The position numbers were made by a program, and so were the translations under genes. Shown piece after piece: positions 20,916-31,275 of a DNA stretch of 64,000 bases. Origin of the DNA: Pseudomonadota bacterium (GTDB lineage: Bacteria; Pseudomonadota; Gammaproteobacteria; Burkholderiales; Burkholderiaceae_C); NCBI GenBank assembly GCA_040384665.1, contig JAZKIY010000016.1, forward strand, positions 11,334 to 75,333. The letters are read 5' to 3'. Positions within the stretch are counted from its first letter, which is position 1; every line of letters starts with the position of its first letter. The notes beneath the pieces were generated by a model that saw only the letters and a program-made list of their open reading frames with translations, did no database searches and was not told where the DNA came from.

Positions 20916-22136
20916 ATGGACACCACCCCGCACTTCCCCATTTACATGGACTACAGCGCCACCAACCCGTGCGACCCGCGCGTGGTGGACGCGATGATTC
21001 CCTGGTTGCGTGAGCACTTCGGCAACCCGGCGTCGCGCAGCCACGCCTGGGGTTGGGAAGCGGAGGCGGCGGTTGAAAATGCCCGCGAGCAGATTGCCGC
21101 ACTGATCGGTGCGGACCCACGCGAGATTGTCTGGACTTCCGGCGCGACCGAGTCCAACAACCTGGCGCTGAAGGGCGCGGCCAACTTCTACAAGACCAAG
21201 GGCAAGCACCTCATCACGGTGAAGACCGAGCACAAGGCGGTGCTGGACACCTGCCGTGAGCTGGAGCGCCAGGGCTTTGAAGTCACTTACATGGATGTGC
21301 AGGCCGACGGTCTGCTGGACCTTGAGGCCTTCAAGGCCGCGATCCGGCCCGACACGATTCTGGCCAGCGTGATGTTCGTCAACAACGAGATCGGCGTCAT
21401 CCAGGACATCGCGGCCATTGGCAAGATTTGCCGTGAGAAGGGCGTGATCTTCCATGTGGACGCAGCGCAGGCGACAGGCCGCGTCGACATCGACCTGGCC
21501 ACGCTGCCGGTCGATCTGATGAGCCTGACCTCGCACAAGACCTATGGCCCCAAGGGCATTGGCGCGCTGTACGTGCGCCGCAAGCCGCGCATCCGCCTGG
21601 AAGCACAGATGCACGGCGGTGGCCACGAGCGCGGCATGCGTTCCGGCACGCTGCCCACGCACCAGTGCGTCGGCATGGGCGAGGCCTACCGCATCGCCAA
21701 GGAAGAAATGGCGGCCGAGAACGTGCGCATCCGTGCCCTGCACGAGCGCATGCTGGCCGGCCTGAAAGACGTGGAGCAGGTTTTCATCAACGGCCATGAA
21801 ACCCAGCGCGTACCGCACAACCTCAACATGAGCTTCAACTTTGTTGAGGGCGAATCGCTGATCATGGGCATCAAGGGGCTCGCGGTGTCGAGCGGTTCGG
21901 CCTGCACCTCGGCCAGCCTGGAGCCCAGCTATGTGCTGCGTGCCCTTGGCCGCAGCGACGAACTGGCCCACAGCAGCCTGCGCATGACGATTGGCCGCTG
22001 GACCACCGAAGAAGAGATCGACTACGCGATTGCCACCATCAAGCAAAACGTAGCCAAGCTGCGCGACTTGAGCCCGTTGTGGGAAATGCACCAGGACGGC
22101 ATTGACATCAGCACTATTCAATGGGCTGCGCATTGA
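20916..22136 (+). CDS. iscS: cysteine desulfurase IscS
   Basis: ATG 20916 within ORF 20640..22136. PLP-lysine [16 protein letters not shown] and active-site loop SSGSACTS. Confidence 0.95.
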   Translation: MDTTPHFPIYMDYSATNPCDPRVVDAMIPWLREHFGNPASRSHAWGWEAEAAVENAREQIAALIGADPREIVWTSGATESNNLALKGAANFYKTKGKHLITVKTEHKAVLDTCRELERQGFEVTYMDVQADGLLDLEAFKAAIRPDTILASVMFVNNEIGVIQDIAAIGKICREKGVIFHVDAAQATGRVDIDLATLPVDLMSLTSHKTYGPKGIGALYVRRKPRIRLEAQMHGGGHERGMRSGTLPTHQCVGMGEAYRIAKEEMAAENVRIRALHERMLAGLKDVEQVFINGHETQRVPHNLNMSFNFVEGESLIMGIKGLAVSSGSACTSASLEPSYVLRALGRSDELAHSSLRMTIGRWTTEEEIDYAIATIKQNVAKLRDLSPLWEMHQDGIDISTIQWAAH

Positions 22137-22168
22137 CGCAGACCTGTTTTGATTGAAGGAGAAACGCC

Positions 22169-22555
22169 ATGGCATATTCTGAAAAAGTCGTAGACCACTA
22201 CGAAAACCCCCGCAACGTCGGCTCGTTCGACAAGGGTGACGACACCGTGGGCACCGGCATGGTCGGCGCGCCGGCTTGCGGCGACGTGATGAAGTTGCAA
22301 ATCAAGGTCAACCCGGTGACGGGTGTGATCGAAGACGCACGCTTCAAGACCTACGGTTGCGGTTCGGCCATTGCCTCCAGCTCGCTGGTGACCGAATGGG
22401 TCAAGGGCAAGACGCTGGACGAAGCGGCGGCGCTGAAAAACAGCCAGATCGCCGAAGAACTGGCGCTGCCGCCGGTCAAGATCCACTGCTCCATCCTCGC
22501 CGAAGACGCGATCAAGGCAGCGGTCGACGACTACAAGAAAAAACACACGCATTGA
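22169..22555 (+). CDS. iscU: Fe-S cluster scaffold IscU
   Basis: GAPACGDVMKLQIKV, YGCGSAIASSS and LPPVKIHCS motifs. Confidence 0.95.
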   Translation: MAYSEKVVDHYENPRNVGSFDKGDDTVGTGMVGAPACGDVMKLQIKVNPVTGVIEDARFKTYGCGSAIASSSLVTEWVKGKTLDEAAALKNSQIAEELALPPVKIHCSILAEDAIKAAVDDYKKKHTH

Positions 22556-22609
22556 CCCAACGCACCGGGTGCCTTGAATGGCAACCGACCTGCGTGACCT
22601 GAGAAGAAC

Positions 22610-22933
22610 ATGGCCGTTACCCTGACCGAAGCCGCCGCACGGCACGTGACCCGCTACCTGTCCAAAAGGGGCAAGGGTGTGGGCGTGCGCTTAGGCGTCA
22701 AGACCACCGGCTGCTCCGGCATGGCCTACAAGCTCGAGTACGTGGACGACCTCGCGCCCGAAGACGTGGTGTTTGAAGGCCACGGCGTGAAGATTTTGAT
22801 TGACCCGAAAAGTCTGGCCTACATCGACGGCACCGAACTGGACTTTGTGCGCGAAGGCCTGAACGAAGGCTTCAAGTTCAACAACCCGAACGAGCGGGAC
22901 CGCTGCGGTTGCGGAGAGAGCTTCAGAATTTGA
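22610..22933 (+). CDS. iscA: iron-sulfur cluster insertion protein IscA
   Basis: 107 aa with [13 protein letters not shown] and a C-terminal CGCGESF. Confidence 0.9.
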   Translation: MAVTLTEAAARHVTRYLSKRGKGVGVRLGVKTTGCSGMAYKLEYVDDLAPEDVVFEGHGVKILIDPKSLAYIDGTELDFVREGLNEGFKFNNPNERDRCGCGESFRI

Positions 22934-23002
22934 GTGTGCGCCTGCGCTGCGCCTCAGCCCAACCAACCGCCACCCCATTTCGCGCTGGCGGTTTTTTTTG
23001 AC

Positions 23003-23536
23003 ATGAACCTGCAATCTTCCGATTTCGAACTGTTTGGCGTGCCTGCGCAATTTGCGCAGGACAGCGCCGCGCTCGATGCGCGCTGGAAAGAGTTGCAGCG
23101 CGAGGCGCACCCGGACCGTTTCGCGGCCAGCGGTGCCGCCGCGCAACGGGTGGCGATGCAGTGGTCGGTGCGCATCAACGAGGCCTACCAGCGGCTCAAA
23201 AATCCGCTGAAACGGGCCGCCTACCTGTGCGAAATGAACGGGGTCCAAATCGACGCCGAAAACAACACCGCCATGCCGGGCGCTTTTTTGATGCAGCAGA
23301 TGGCATGGCGCGAGGCGCTGGACGAGGCCGATGGCGAACCCGCGCTGGACACGCTCAACAGCGAAGTGCAGCAGGCACGCCAGCAGGCATTGGCCCGCTG
23401 TGCAGAACTGCTGGACGTGCAGCACGACGCGGCCGCCGCCGCGCAGCAGGTGAGGGCGCTGATGTTCATCGAGCGTTTCGCCAGTGACATAGAAGCCCGG
23501 TTCGACCGGATGGACACCGAGGCACGGGGACAATAA
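23003..23536 (+). CDS. hscB: co-chaperone HscB
   Basis: ATG 23003. J-domain with HPDRF, and located between iscA and hscA. Confidence 0.85.
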   Translation: MNLQSSDFELFGVPAQFAQDSAALDARWKELQREAHPDRFAASGAAAQRVAMQWSVRINEAYQRLKNPLKRAAYLCEMNGVQIDAENNTAMPGAFLMQQMAWREALDEADGEPALDTLNSEVQQARQQALARCAELLDVQHDAAAAAQQVRALMFIERFASDIEARFDRMDTEARGQ

Positions 23537-23540
23537 CGCG

Positions 23541-25397
23541 ATGGCATTGCTGCAAATTTCTGAACCAGGCTACTCGCCCGACCCGCACACCCGGCGCATT
23601 GCGCTGGGCATTGACCTGGGCACCACGCACTCGCTGGTGGCGGCGGTGCGCAACGGTGTGGCCGAGTGCCTCCCCGACGCCCTTGGCCAGGTCGTCTTGC
23701 CTTCGGTGGTGCGCTACCTGGACAACAACGGCCGAAAAATCGGCTTTGAGGCGCAGGCCGCCCTCAGTGACGACCCGGAAAACACCATCGCTTCGGTCAA
23801 GCGCTTCATGGGGCGGGGCTTGGCCGACATTGCCAACCGCGACCAACTGCCTTACCGCTTCATCGACAAACCTGGCATGGTCGGCCTGATGACACGCGCC
23901 GGCGAGAAGTCCCCGGTGGAGGTGAGTGCCGAGATTCTGGCGACGCTGCGCTTTCGCGCCGAAGACACCTTCAACGACGACATCCATGGCGTGGTGATCA
24001 CCGTGCCGGCCTATTTTGACGACGCCCAGCGCCAGGCGACCAAAGACGCGGCCCAACTCGCCGGCCTGAACGTGCTGCGTCTGATCAACGAACCCACCGC
24101 CGCCGCGATTGCCTATGGGCTGGACAACGCCAGCGAGGGCATCTACGCGGTGTACGACCTCGGTGGCGGCACCTTCGACATTTCCATCCTGCGCCTGAGC
24201 CGTGGCGTGTTCGAAGTGATTGCCACCGGCGGCGACTCGGCCCTGGGCGGCGACGACTACGACCGCGCGCTGGCCGACTGGGTGCTGCAGCAAACCGGCA
24301 CCGTGGTGGACAACGCCTCCGACAAGGCCGCAATGAAAGTTGCCGCACGGGCCTGCAAGGAAGCGCTGACTGCTACAGATTCCGTAGCATTCTCGGTAGA
24401 TTTGACTGAGGCTCAGCTGCGATTTGAGGTAAAAATTGCCGATTTTGAGGCAACAACGGCTGCCTTGACCGCCAAAACCCTGTCCGCGGTCCGCAAGGCC
24501 CTGCGCGATGCCAAGCTGCAGAAAGACGAGGTCAAGGGCGTGGTGATGGTGGGTGGCTCCACCCGCATGCCGCAGATCCAGCGCGCCGTGGCCGATTTCT
24601 TTGGCCAGGCACCGCTGAACAACCTCAACCCCGACGAGGTGGTGGCGCTGGGCGCCGCCATCCAGGCCAACCAGCTGGCCGGCAACGCCGGCAGCGAAGA
24701 CCTGCTGCTGCTCGACGTGATCCCGCTCTCACTCGGCATCGAGACCATGGGCGGTCTGGTCGAACGCATCGTGCCCCGCAACCAGACCATCCCCACCGCC
24801 ATGGCGCAGGACTTCACCACCTACCAGGACGGCCAGACCGCGCTGGCGCTGCACGTGGTGCAGGGCGAACGCGACCTGGTGGCCGACTGCCGCAGCCTGG
24901 CGCGTTTCGAGCTGCGCGGCATTCCGCCGATGGCCGCCGGCGCCGCCCGCATCCGGGTGGTGTTCACGGTCGACGCCGACGGCCTGCTGAGCGTCAGTGC
25001 CAAAGAGCAGGGCAGCGGCGTCGAGGCGAAAATCGACGTCAAACCGTCTTATGGCCTGACCGACGACCAGATCGCCACCATGCTGCAAGACAGCTTTGCC
25101 ACCGCCGAACAAGACATGCAGGCCCGCGCGCTGGCCGAAGCCCGGCTGGAGGCCGACCGCATGCTGCTGGCGATTGGCTCGGCACTGGCGGCCGATGCCG
25201 ACTTGCTGGGCACGCAAGAGCGTGCCACCATCGACACGCTGGCCCAGGCCGTGGTGGCGGCCAAACCCTTGACCGATGCCAAGGCGATTGAAGCGGCCAC
25301 CGAAGCGCTGGCCAAAGGCACCGAAGCCTTTGCCGCCATGCGCATGAACCGGGGCATCCACAAAGCCCTGGCCGGCAAAAATATCGAGACGGTCTGA
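23541..25397 (+). CDS. hscA: Fe-S protein assembly chaperone HscA (Hsp70 family)
   Basis: [11 protein letters not shown]-terminus, [26 protein letters not shown] and [10 protein letters not shown] motifs. Confidence 0.95.
   Translation: MALLQISEPGYSPDPHTRRIALGIDLGTTHSLVAAVRNGVAECLPDALGQVVLPSVVRYLDNNGRKIGFEAQAALSDDPENTIASVKRFMGRGLADIANRDQLPYRFIDKPGMVGLMTRAGEKSPVEVSAEILATLRFRAEDTFNDDIHGVVITVPAYFDDAQRQATKDAAQLAGLNVLRLINEPTAAAIAYGLDNASEGIYAVYDLGGGTFDISILRLSRGVFEVIATGGDSALGGDDYDRALADWVLQQTGTVVDNASDKAAMKVAARACKEALTATDSVAFSVDLTEAQLRFEVKIADFEATTAALTAKTLSAVRKALRDAKLQKDEVKGVVMVGGSTRMPQIQRAVADFFGQAPLNNLNPDEVVALGAAIQANQLAGNAGSEDLLLLDVIPLSLGIETMGGLVERIVPRNQTIPTAMAQDFTTYQDGQTALALHVVQGERDLVADCRSLARFELRGIPPMAAGAARIRVVFTVDADGLLSVSAKEQGSGVEAKIDVKPSYGLTDDQIATMLQDSFATAEQDMQARALAEARLEADRMLLAIGSALAADADLLGTQERATIDTLAQAVVAAKPLTDAKAIEAATEALAKGTEAFAAMRMNRGIHKALAGKNIETV
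24372..24450 (+). repeat. low-GC palindromic element-like patch, copy G (forward), inside hscA
   Basis: Hairpin gctacagattccgtagc plus core gtagcattctcggtagatttgactgaggctcag (24384-24416). This is the most diverged copy. Confidence 0.7.
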
Positions 25398-25422
25398 AGA
25401 CCGCACAACCCGAGCGCTCCAC

Positions 25423-25761
25423 ATGCCCACCATCCGAATCCTGCCGCACCCCGAATACTGTCCCCAGGGCGCCGAAGTGACGGCCCCCGCCGGCACCTCC
25501 ATCTGCGAGGCGCTGCTGGACCACCACATCAACATCGAGCACGCCTGCGACATGAGCTGCGCCTGCACCACCTGCCACATCATCGTGCGCGAGGGCTTTG
25601 CGTCGCTGAACGAACTCGACGAAAACGAGGAAGACCTGCTCGACCGCGCCTGGGGCCTGGAGCCCAACTCGCGCCTGAGCTGCCAGGCTTTTTTGGCGCA
25701 GCAAGATGTGGTTGTTGAAATCCCCAAGTACTCAATTAACCACGCCAAAGAGAACCACTGA
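25423..25761 (+). CDS. fdx: ISC-type [2Fe-2S] ferredoxin
   Basis: 112 aa with Cys pattern ACDMSCACTTCH ... LSCQ. Confidence 0.9.
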   Translation: MPTIRILPHPEYCPQGAEVTAPAGTSICEALLDHHINIEHACDMSCACTTCHIIVREGFASLNELDENEEDLLDRAWGLEPNSRLSCQAFLAQQDVVVEIPKYSINHAKENH

Positions 25762-26477
25762 TGTCCCGTCAGATCGTCCTCGACACCGAAACCACCGGTC
25801 TATCGGCCGAGAATGGCGACCGCATCATCGAGATCGGCTGTGTCGAGCTGCTCAACCGCAAGCTGACCGGCCACAACAAGCACTTCTACCTGAACCCCGG
25901 GCGTGACAGCCACGAAGAGGCGTTGAAGGTGCACGGCATCAGCAACGAGTTCCTGCGCGACAAACCCAAGTTCGCCGCCGTGGCCCAGGAGCTGATGGAC
26001 TACCTGCAGGGCGCAGAAATCATCATCCACAACGCCGCGTTCGACGTCGGTTTCCTGAACAAGGAACTCGAGCTGATCGGCGAGCCGCCCTTCAAAGCCA
26101 GCGTTGGCAGCGTCACCGACACGTTGGTGATGGCCAAGGAAATGTTCCCCGGCAAACGCAACTCGCTCGACGCGCTGTGCGCCCGCCTCGGCGTGGACAA
26201 CTCCGGCCGCACCCTGCACGGCGCACTGCTGGACGCCGAACTGCTGGCCGACGTCTACATCAACCTGACCCGCGGGCAAGACGCGCTGCTGGTGGATTTG
26301 TCCCCCAGCGACACCCAGCAGGTGCAGACCGAGGTGGTGGATTTGCGCGGTTTTGTGCTGCCGGTGTTGACCGCCAGCACGGGCGAATTGACCGAGCATG
26401 AAGCGCTGTTGGCCCAACTGGACAAGGCTTCGGGCGGCAAGACGGTGTGGCGCCATGACGCCGCGTCGGTGGCATGA
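25761..26477 (+). CDS. dnaQ: DNA polymerase III epsilon subunit (3'-5' proofreading exonuclease)
   Basis: Exo motifs VLDTETTGL, IIHNAAFDVGFL and HGALLDAELLADVY. The ATG overlaps the fdx stop (cTGATGt). Confidence 0.85.
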   Translation: MSRQIVLDTETTGLSAENGDRIIEIGCVELLNRKLTGHNKHFYLNPGRDSHEEALKVHGISNEFLRDKPKFAAVAQELMDYLQGAEIIIHNAAFDVGFLNKELELIGEPPFKASVGSVTDTLVMAKEMFPGKRNSLDALCARLGVDNSGRTLHGALLDAELLADVYINLTRGQDALLVDLSPSDTQQVQTEVVDLRGFVLPVLTASTGELTEHEALLAQLDKASGGKTVWRHDAASVA

Positions 26478-26571
26478 GGCGCCTTACAAAGCGTAACGCC
26501 GTCTCCGCTGGCATGTCGGGTCGCATACTTTATGCTCGGTGATGGTGCACAAAAACAATGAGAACAACCGA

Positions 26572-27993
26572 ATGAGTGGCGAACAGATTCACCCCGTCAT
26601 CCTCTGTGGTGGAAGCGGTACCCGTTTGTGGCCGCTGTCGCGCAAGACCTATCCGAAGCAGTTCATCCCCTTGCTGGGCGACAAGTCGCTGTTGCAGCTG
26701 ACGATGGAACGTCTGGCGTCGCTGGGTTCGGTGTGGTGCATTGGCGCCGAAGACCACCGTTTTCTGGTGGACGACGCTGCCCGCGCCGCTGGCTTGTCGG
26801 TGCTGCAGATTCTGGAACCCAGTGCCCGCAACACGGCTGCTGCGATGGCGCTGGCCGCCTTGCAGGCCAGACCCGACGAACTGCTGCTGTTTTGTCCGGC
26901 AGACCATTACATTCCCGACGTCGCCGCATTTGGCGACATGGTGCGCTCTGCCGTCCCTTCTGCCCACGCCGGCCACATTGTCACTTTTGGCGTGGTGCCC
27001 AACCACCCCAGCACGGCCTATGGCTACATCGAACAAGGGCATGCCTTGCCCGAGGGTGGTCTGTCGGTGGCGCAGTTTGTGGAGAAGCCAGACGCATTTC
27101 GTGCGTCTGAACTGCTCGCCACAGGCCGACACCTGTGGAATGCCGGTATTTTTCTCGTGCAAGCCGATGTGCTGGCCTCAGCCCTGGCGCGGCATGCCCC
27201 AGCGATCTGGCAAGCCTGTGTCGCGGCCATGGCTGCCAAGCGCGTTGAGGCCCATTTCGTTCGCCCTGAAGCGGTGGCATTCGAGACCAGCCCGTCTGAC
27301 AGCATCGACTATGCGGTGATGGAGAAACACGACCGGCTGGCGGTGTACCGCTTTGCTGGCGCCTGGAGCGATGTGGGCAGCTGGAATGCGGTGGCGCAAC
27401 TCAGCCGCCAGCACGCCGATGGCAACCGCACGGCGGGCGCACCCGGCCATGCGCATTTCTTGCAGGCCGAAAACACCTTTGTGCACGTCAGCAACCGGCC
27501 GGTGGTGGCCCTCGGTACGCGCAACCTGTTGATCGTGGACACGCCCGACGCGTTGCTGGTAGCCGACGCCGACCATGCCGAAAAAGTCAAGCAGGCCGTG
27601 GCCATGCTGGAGGCGCAGGAGTCGCCGCAGGCCGGTGCACACCGCAAGGTCAATCGCCCGTGGGGCAGCTACGACAGCGTGGACCAAGGGCCAAGGCACC
27701 AGGTCAAGCGCATCACCGTTCGGCCGGGCGGCAAACTCAGCCTGCAGATGCACCACCACCGCGCCGAACATTGGATCGTGGTGCAAGGCACGGCCGTGGT
27801 CACGCGCGGCGACGAGCAGATCGTGCTGCACGAAAACCAGTCCACCTACATCCCGTTGGGCGTCAAACACCGGCTGGAAAACCCCGGCAAGACCGATCTG
27901 GAGATCATCGAGGTGCAGTCCGGCAGCTACCTGGGTGAAGACGACATCGTGCGGTTTGAAGACACGTACGGGCGGGTGTCGAACGGCAATTGA
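26572..27993 (+). CDS. manC: mannose-1-phosphate guanylyltransferase / mannose-6-phosphate isomerase (type II)
   Basis: ILCGGSGTRLWPLSR N-terminal NTP-transferase motif and a C-terminal cupin (RPWGSYDSVD...LSLQMHHHRAEHWIVV). Confidence 0.85.
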   Translation: MSGEQIHPVILCGGSGTRLWPLSRKTYPKQFIPLLGDKSLLQLTMERLASLGSVWCIGAEDHRFLVDDAARAAGLSVLQILEPSARNTAAAMALAALQARPDELLLFCPADHYIPDVAAFGDMVRSAVPSAHAGHIVTFGVVPNHPSTAYGYIEQGHALPEGGLSVAQFVEKPDAFRASELLATGRHLWNAGIFLVQADVLASALARHAPAIWQACVAAMAAKRVEAHFVRPEAVAFETSPSDSIDYAVMEKHDRLAVYRFAGAWSDVGSWNAVAQLSRQHADGNRTAGAPGHAHFLQAENTFVHVSNRPVVALGTRNLLIVDTPDALLVADADHAEKVKQAVAMLEAQESPQAGAHRKVNRPWGSYDSVDQGPRHQVKRITVRPGGKLSLQMHHHRAEHWIVVQGTAVVTRGDEQIVLHENQSTYIPLGVKHRLENPGKTDLEIIEVQSGSYLGEDDIVRFEDTYGRVSNGN

Positions 27994-28030
27994 GGCCGTA
28001 ACTTGAAGCGGCATCGGTCACAATGGTCCG

Positions 28031-28864
28031 ATGCAGTTCGTCAGTTACCAACCTGGCCACACCGCCGTGGTGCTGGACTCGCCGCACAGCGGCACCGATT
28101 ACCCGAAAGACTTCGCCTTCAGCTGCGATCTGGCGTCGCTGCGGCGGGCGGAAGACACCCACGTCGAGCGGCTGTACAGCTTTGCGCCGGCGCTGGGCGT
28201 GGCCTGGGTTGAGGCGCATTTCCCGCGCAGCTACCTGGACACCAACCGCAACACCACCGAGATCGACGAGTCGCTACTGGACGGTCCCTGGCCGGGCGTG
28301 CTGGAGGGTGGTAGCAAGGTCAGGTTGGGCAAAGGGCTGGTCTGGCGATTGACCGACGACGGGCGGCCGATTTACCAGCGGCGGCTGACCGTGGCCGAGG
28401 TAGAGGCGCGCATCGCGCACTGCTGGCAGCCGTACCACGCGGCGGTGGCCAGCGCCATTGACGCGGCCCACCAGCGCCATGGCTACAGCCTGCACATCAA
28501 CTGCCATTCGATGCCGGCCGTGTCGTCCAGCCATGCCACCGAATTCCCGGGCCTGGTACACGCCGACTTTGTGGTCGGCAACCGCGACGGCACCACTGCC
28601 AGCAACGCGCTGATGGCCCTGGTGGCCGGCCATTTGGCGGGGTTCGGCTACGACGTGGCCTGCAACCACCCGTACAAGGGGGTGGAACTGGTGCGCCGCT
28701 ATGGCCGCCCGGCCGAACACCGGCACAGCCTGCAACTGGAGATCAACCGCAAGCTCTACATGGACGAGGCCACGCTGGCCATCCACAGCGGCTTTGCGCC
28801 GCTGCAGGCGCACCTGGTGTCGCTGGTGCAGCGCTTGCTGGAAACCGACCCTAGAACACTCTAG
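28031..28864 (+). CDS. N-formylglutamate amidohydrolase family protein
   Basis: 277 aa. VLDSPHSGTDYP and LHINCHSMP motifs are typical of the FGase family. Confidence 0.7.
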   Translation: MQFVSYQPGHTAVVLDSPHSGTDYPKDFAFSCDLASLRRAEDTHVERLYSFAPALGVAWVEAHFPRSYLDTNRNTTEIDESLLDGPWPGVLEGGSKVRLGKGLVWRLTDDGRPIYQRRLTVAEVEARIAHCWQPYHAAVASAIDAAHQRHGYSLHINCHSMPAVSSSHATEFPGLVHADFVVGNRDGTTASNALMALVAGHLAGFGYDVACNHPYKGVELVRRYGRPAEHRHSLQLEINRKLYMDEATLAIHSGFAPLQAHLVSLVQRLLETDPRTL

Positions 28865-28866
28865 AT

Positions 28867-28936
28867 GCTCTGTTTTTGATAGCTGAATCGCGAGATTTGA
28901 CTAGGGCTTGCAGTGCTTTTTGATCGAATTTGCGGC
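28867..28936 (+). repeat. low-GC palindromic element, copy D (forward), between the convergent FGase-like gene and pyrD
   Basis: Hairpin gctctgtttttgatagc plus core atagctgaatcgcgagatttgactagggcttgc (28879-28911). An adjacent inverted half-core ccctagaacactctag sits at 28849-28864. Confidence 0.8.
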
Positions 28937-29947
28937 CTGGGTGACCAAAGCGGGGCCCTGGTAGATCAAACCGGTGTAAATCTGCACCAGGTCGGCCCCG
29001 GCCTCGATTTTGGACACCGCGTCCGCGGCCGACATCACACCGCCCACGCCAATGATGGGGAAGGCCGTGCCGAGTGCCGCGCGCAGTTGAGCGATGACCC
29101 GGTTGCTCATTGCCAGCACCGGTGCACCGCTCAGGCCGCCGGCCTCTTGCGCGTGTGCCTGGCCCTGCACCGCGTCGCGGCTGAGGGTGGTGTTGGTGGC
29201 CACCACGCCGTCCATGCCGTGGCGCTGCAGCGTGGCGGCGATCACCGCCACCTGGGCCTCGTCCAGGTCGGGCGCGATTTTCACAAACAGCGGCACGCGG
29301 CGCTGGTGCGCCTGGGCCAGGGTTTCGCGGCGCTCGGCCAATGCACCCAGCAGGCCGTCGAGCGCGGCGTCGCTCTGCAGCGCGCGCAGGTTCTTGGTGT
29401 TGGGGCTGGAGATGTTCACCGTCACGTAGTCGGCATGCGGGTAGACGCCTTCCAGGCAGGCCAGGTAGTCGTCGGTGGCTTTTTCAATGGGCGTGGCGGC
29501 GTTCTTGCCAATGTTCAGGCCCAGAATGCGCCCATGTTGGCGGAACGAGGCCTTCTGCACGTTGGCCACAAACGCGTCCAGCCCGCCGTTGTTGAAGCCC
29601 AGGCGGTTGATCAGGGCGTTGGCCTCGGGCAGGCGGAACATGCGTGGCTTGGGGTTGCCCGGCTGGGCCTTGGGCGTGACGGTGCCGACCTCCACGAACC
29701 CAAACCCCATCGCGCCCAGGCCGTCGATGCAGCGCGCGTTTTTGTCCAGCCCGGCCGCCAGGCCCACCCGGTTGGGAAAGCGCAACCCGGCCACGGTGAC
29801 CGGGTCGTTCACAAAGCCGCTGCAGTAGGCCCATTGCAGCGGTGTGCCTTGCACACGGGCGAGGGTGGCCAGCGTCAGGTCGTGCGCGGCTTCGGGGTCG
29901 AGCCCGAACAAAAAGGGGCGGGCGAGGGCGTAGGGCAGCAGGGGCAT
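28901..29947 (-). CDS. pyrD: dihydroorotate dehydrogenase (quinone), class 2
   Basis: ATG 29947 within ORF 28901..29977. [26 protein letters not shown] and GLNIGKN motifs. Confidence 0.9.
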   Translation of the reverse strand: MPLLPYALARPFLFGLDPEAAHDLTLATLARVQGTPLQWAYCSGFVNDPVTVAGLRFPNRVGLAAGLDKNARCIDGLGAMGFGFVEVGTVTPKAQPGNPKPRMFRLPEANALINRLGFNNGGLDAFVANVQKASFRQHGRILGLNIGKNAATPIEKATDDYLACLEGVYPHADYVTVNISSPNTKNLRALQSDAALDGLLGALAERRETLAQAHQRRVPLFVKIAPDLDEAQVAVIAATLQRHGMDGVVATNTTLSRDAVQGQAHAQEAGGLSGAPVLAMSNRVIAQLRAALGTAFPIIGVGGVMSAADAVSKIEAGADLVQIYTGLIYQGPALVTQAANSIKKHCKP

Positions 29948-30036
29948 GGGTGGGTGGCGTTGGATAATCCCGGCCACCGCCCGGAAAGAGTCCGGGCGGC
30001 GTCAGCCGGGCAGCCGGGTATTGTCGCAAAAGCACC

Positions 30037-30708
30037 ATGAACCAAGACGAACTGAAAACGCGGGTCGGCCAGGCCGCCCTCCATTACGTGCCCGAAGGCG
30101 AGATCATTGGCGTGGGCACCGGCTCCACCGTCAACAAGTTCATCGACGCGCTGGCCAGCATGAAAGACCGCATCCGGGGCGCTGTCAGCAGCTCCCAGGC
30201 GTCCACCGCACGCTTGCAGGCGCTGGGCATCCCAGTGTTTGACTGCAACGAGGTCGGCGAACTGGCGGTCTACATCGACGGCGCGGACGAGATCGACCCG
30301 CACGGCCACATGGTCAAGGGCGGCGGTGCCGCACTGACGCGCGAGAAGATCGTCGCCGCCCAGTCGCGGCAGTTTGTCTGCATTGCAGACGACAGCAAGC
30401 TGGTGCAGACGCTGGGCAAGTTCCCGTTGCCGGTGGAGGTCATTCCCATGGCCAGCGCGCGGGTGGTGCGCCAGTTTGCCGCGCTCGGCGGGCAAGGGCG
30501 GTTGCGGCTGGTGAACGGTGTGCCGCTGGTGACCGACAACGGCCAGCACATCCTGGACGTGACCGGCCTGCAGATCGCCGACCCGCTGGCCTTTGAGGAC
30601 CTGGTCAACCAGTGGCCCGGTGTGGTGGAGGTGGGAGTGTTTGCCCGCCAGAAGGCGGCGGTGTGCCTGCTGGGCACGGCCCAGGGGGTGCAGACGCTGG
30701 TCTACTGA
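30037..30708 (+). CDS. rpiA: ribose-5-phosphate isomerase A
   Basis: [27 protein letters not shown] and [11 protein letters not shown] motifs. Confidence 0.9.
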   Translation: MNQDELKTRVGQAALHYVPEGEIIGVGTGSTVNKFIDALASMKDRIRGAVSSSQASTARLQALGIPVFDCNEVGELAVYIDGADEIDPHGHMVKGGGAALTREKIVAAQSRQFVCIADDSKLVQTLGKFPLPVEVIPMASARVVRQFAALGGQGRLRLVNGVPLVTDNGQHILDVTGLQIADPLAFEDLVNQWPGVVEVGVFARQKAAVCLLGTAQGVQTLVY

Positions 30709-30730
30709 GCCCTGGCGGGTCCGTTCGGGC

Positions 30731-31261
30731 TCAGTGCAGCGTGGCGTCGTCCGGCGTGCTGGGCGCGATCTTGAAGAAGCCCGTGCCAGCGCTGCCACGG
30801 CCCACCTCCTGCTCGGTGGCCTCGCGGATGGCACGCACCTTCAGGTGGATGCGCAGCGCAATGCCCGCCAGCGGGTGGTTGCCGTCCAGCACCACGTGCT
30901 CGGGGTAGATGTCGGTCACCACGTACACCACGTTGCGTGGTGCGTCCGGGTTGCAACCGGCTGGCAGGCCCTCGAAGGTCATGCCTTCTTCCAGTTCCTT
31001 GGGGAAACGCTCGCGCGCTTCCAGGAACACCAGGTTCTCGTCGTAGTCGCCAAACGCGTGTTCGGGCTCCAGGTGCAGGTCGATGGTGTCGCCCACGGTG
31101 TGGCCCTGCAGCGCCGCGTCAATGCGGTCCAGCAGGTCGTGCCCGCCAACGAAAAACTCCACCGGCTCGTCGAGCACGTCCAGGGTGTCGTCGAGGGTGT
31201 CTTTCAGCGTCCAGGTCAGGGCGACCACACATTGTTCGGTGATGGTGTCAAGCATTTCCAT
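30731..31261 (-). CDS. slyD: FKBP-type peptidyl-prolyl cis-trans isomerase, SlyD-like
   Basis: ATG 31261 (or 31255) within ORF 30731..31321. Has the FKBP plus insert-in-flap layout (VVALTWTLKD..., HPLAGIALRIHLKV). Confidence 0.8.
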   Translation of the reverse strand: MEMLDTITEQCVVALTWTLKDTLDDTLDVLDEPVEFFVGGHDLLDRIDAALQGHTVGDTIDLHLEPEHAFGDYDENLVFLEARERFPKELEEGMTFEGLPAGCNPDAPRNVVYVVTDIYPEHVVLDGNHPLAGIALRIHLKVRAIREATEQEVGRGSAGTGFFKIAPSTPDDATLH

Positions 31262-31275
31262 ACGACAATTGTCCC

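Noticed and set aside
20520-22175. 551-aa minus-strand ORF
   Set aside because: It is antisense to iscR and iscS. The plus-strand genes are unambiguous.
24372-24450. Interpreting the hscA low-GC patch as a clean 70-nt insertion
   Set aside because: The product length (618 aa) is about that of E. coli HscA, and the patch aligns to native residues. A pure insertion is therefore not supported, and I report it instead as a replacement or conversion-type patch.
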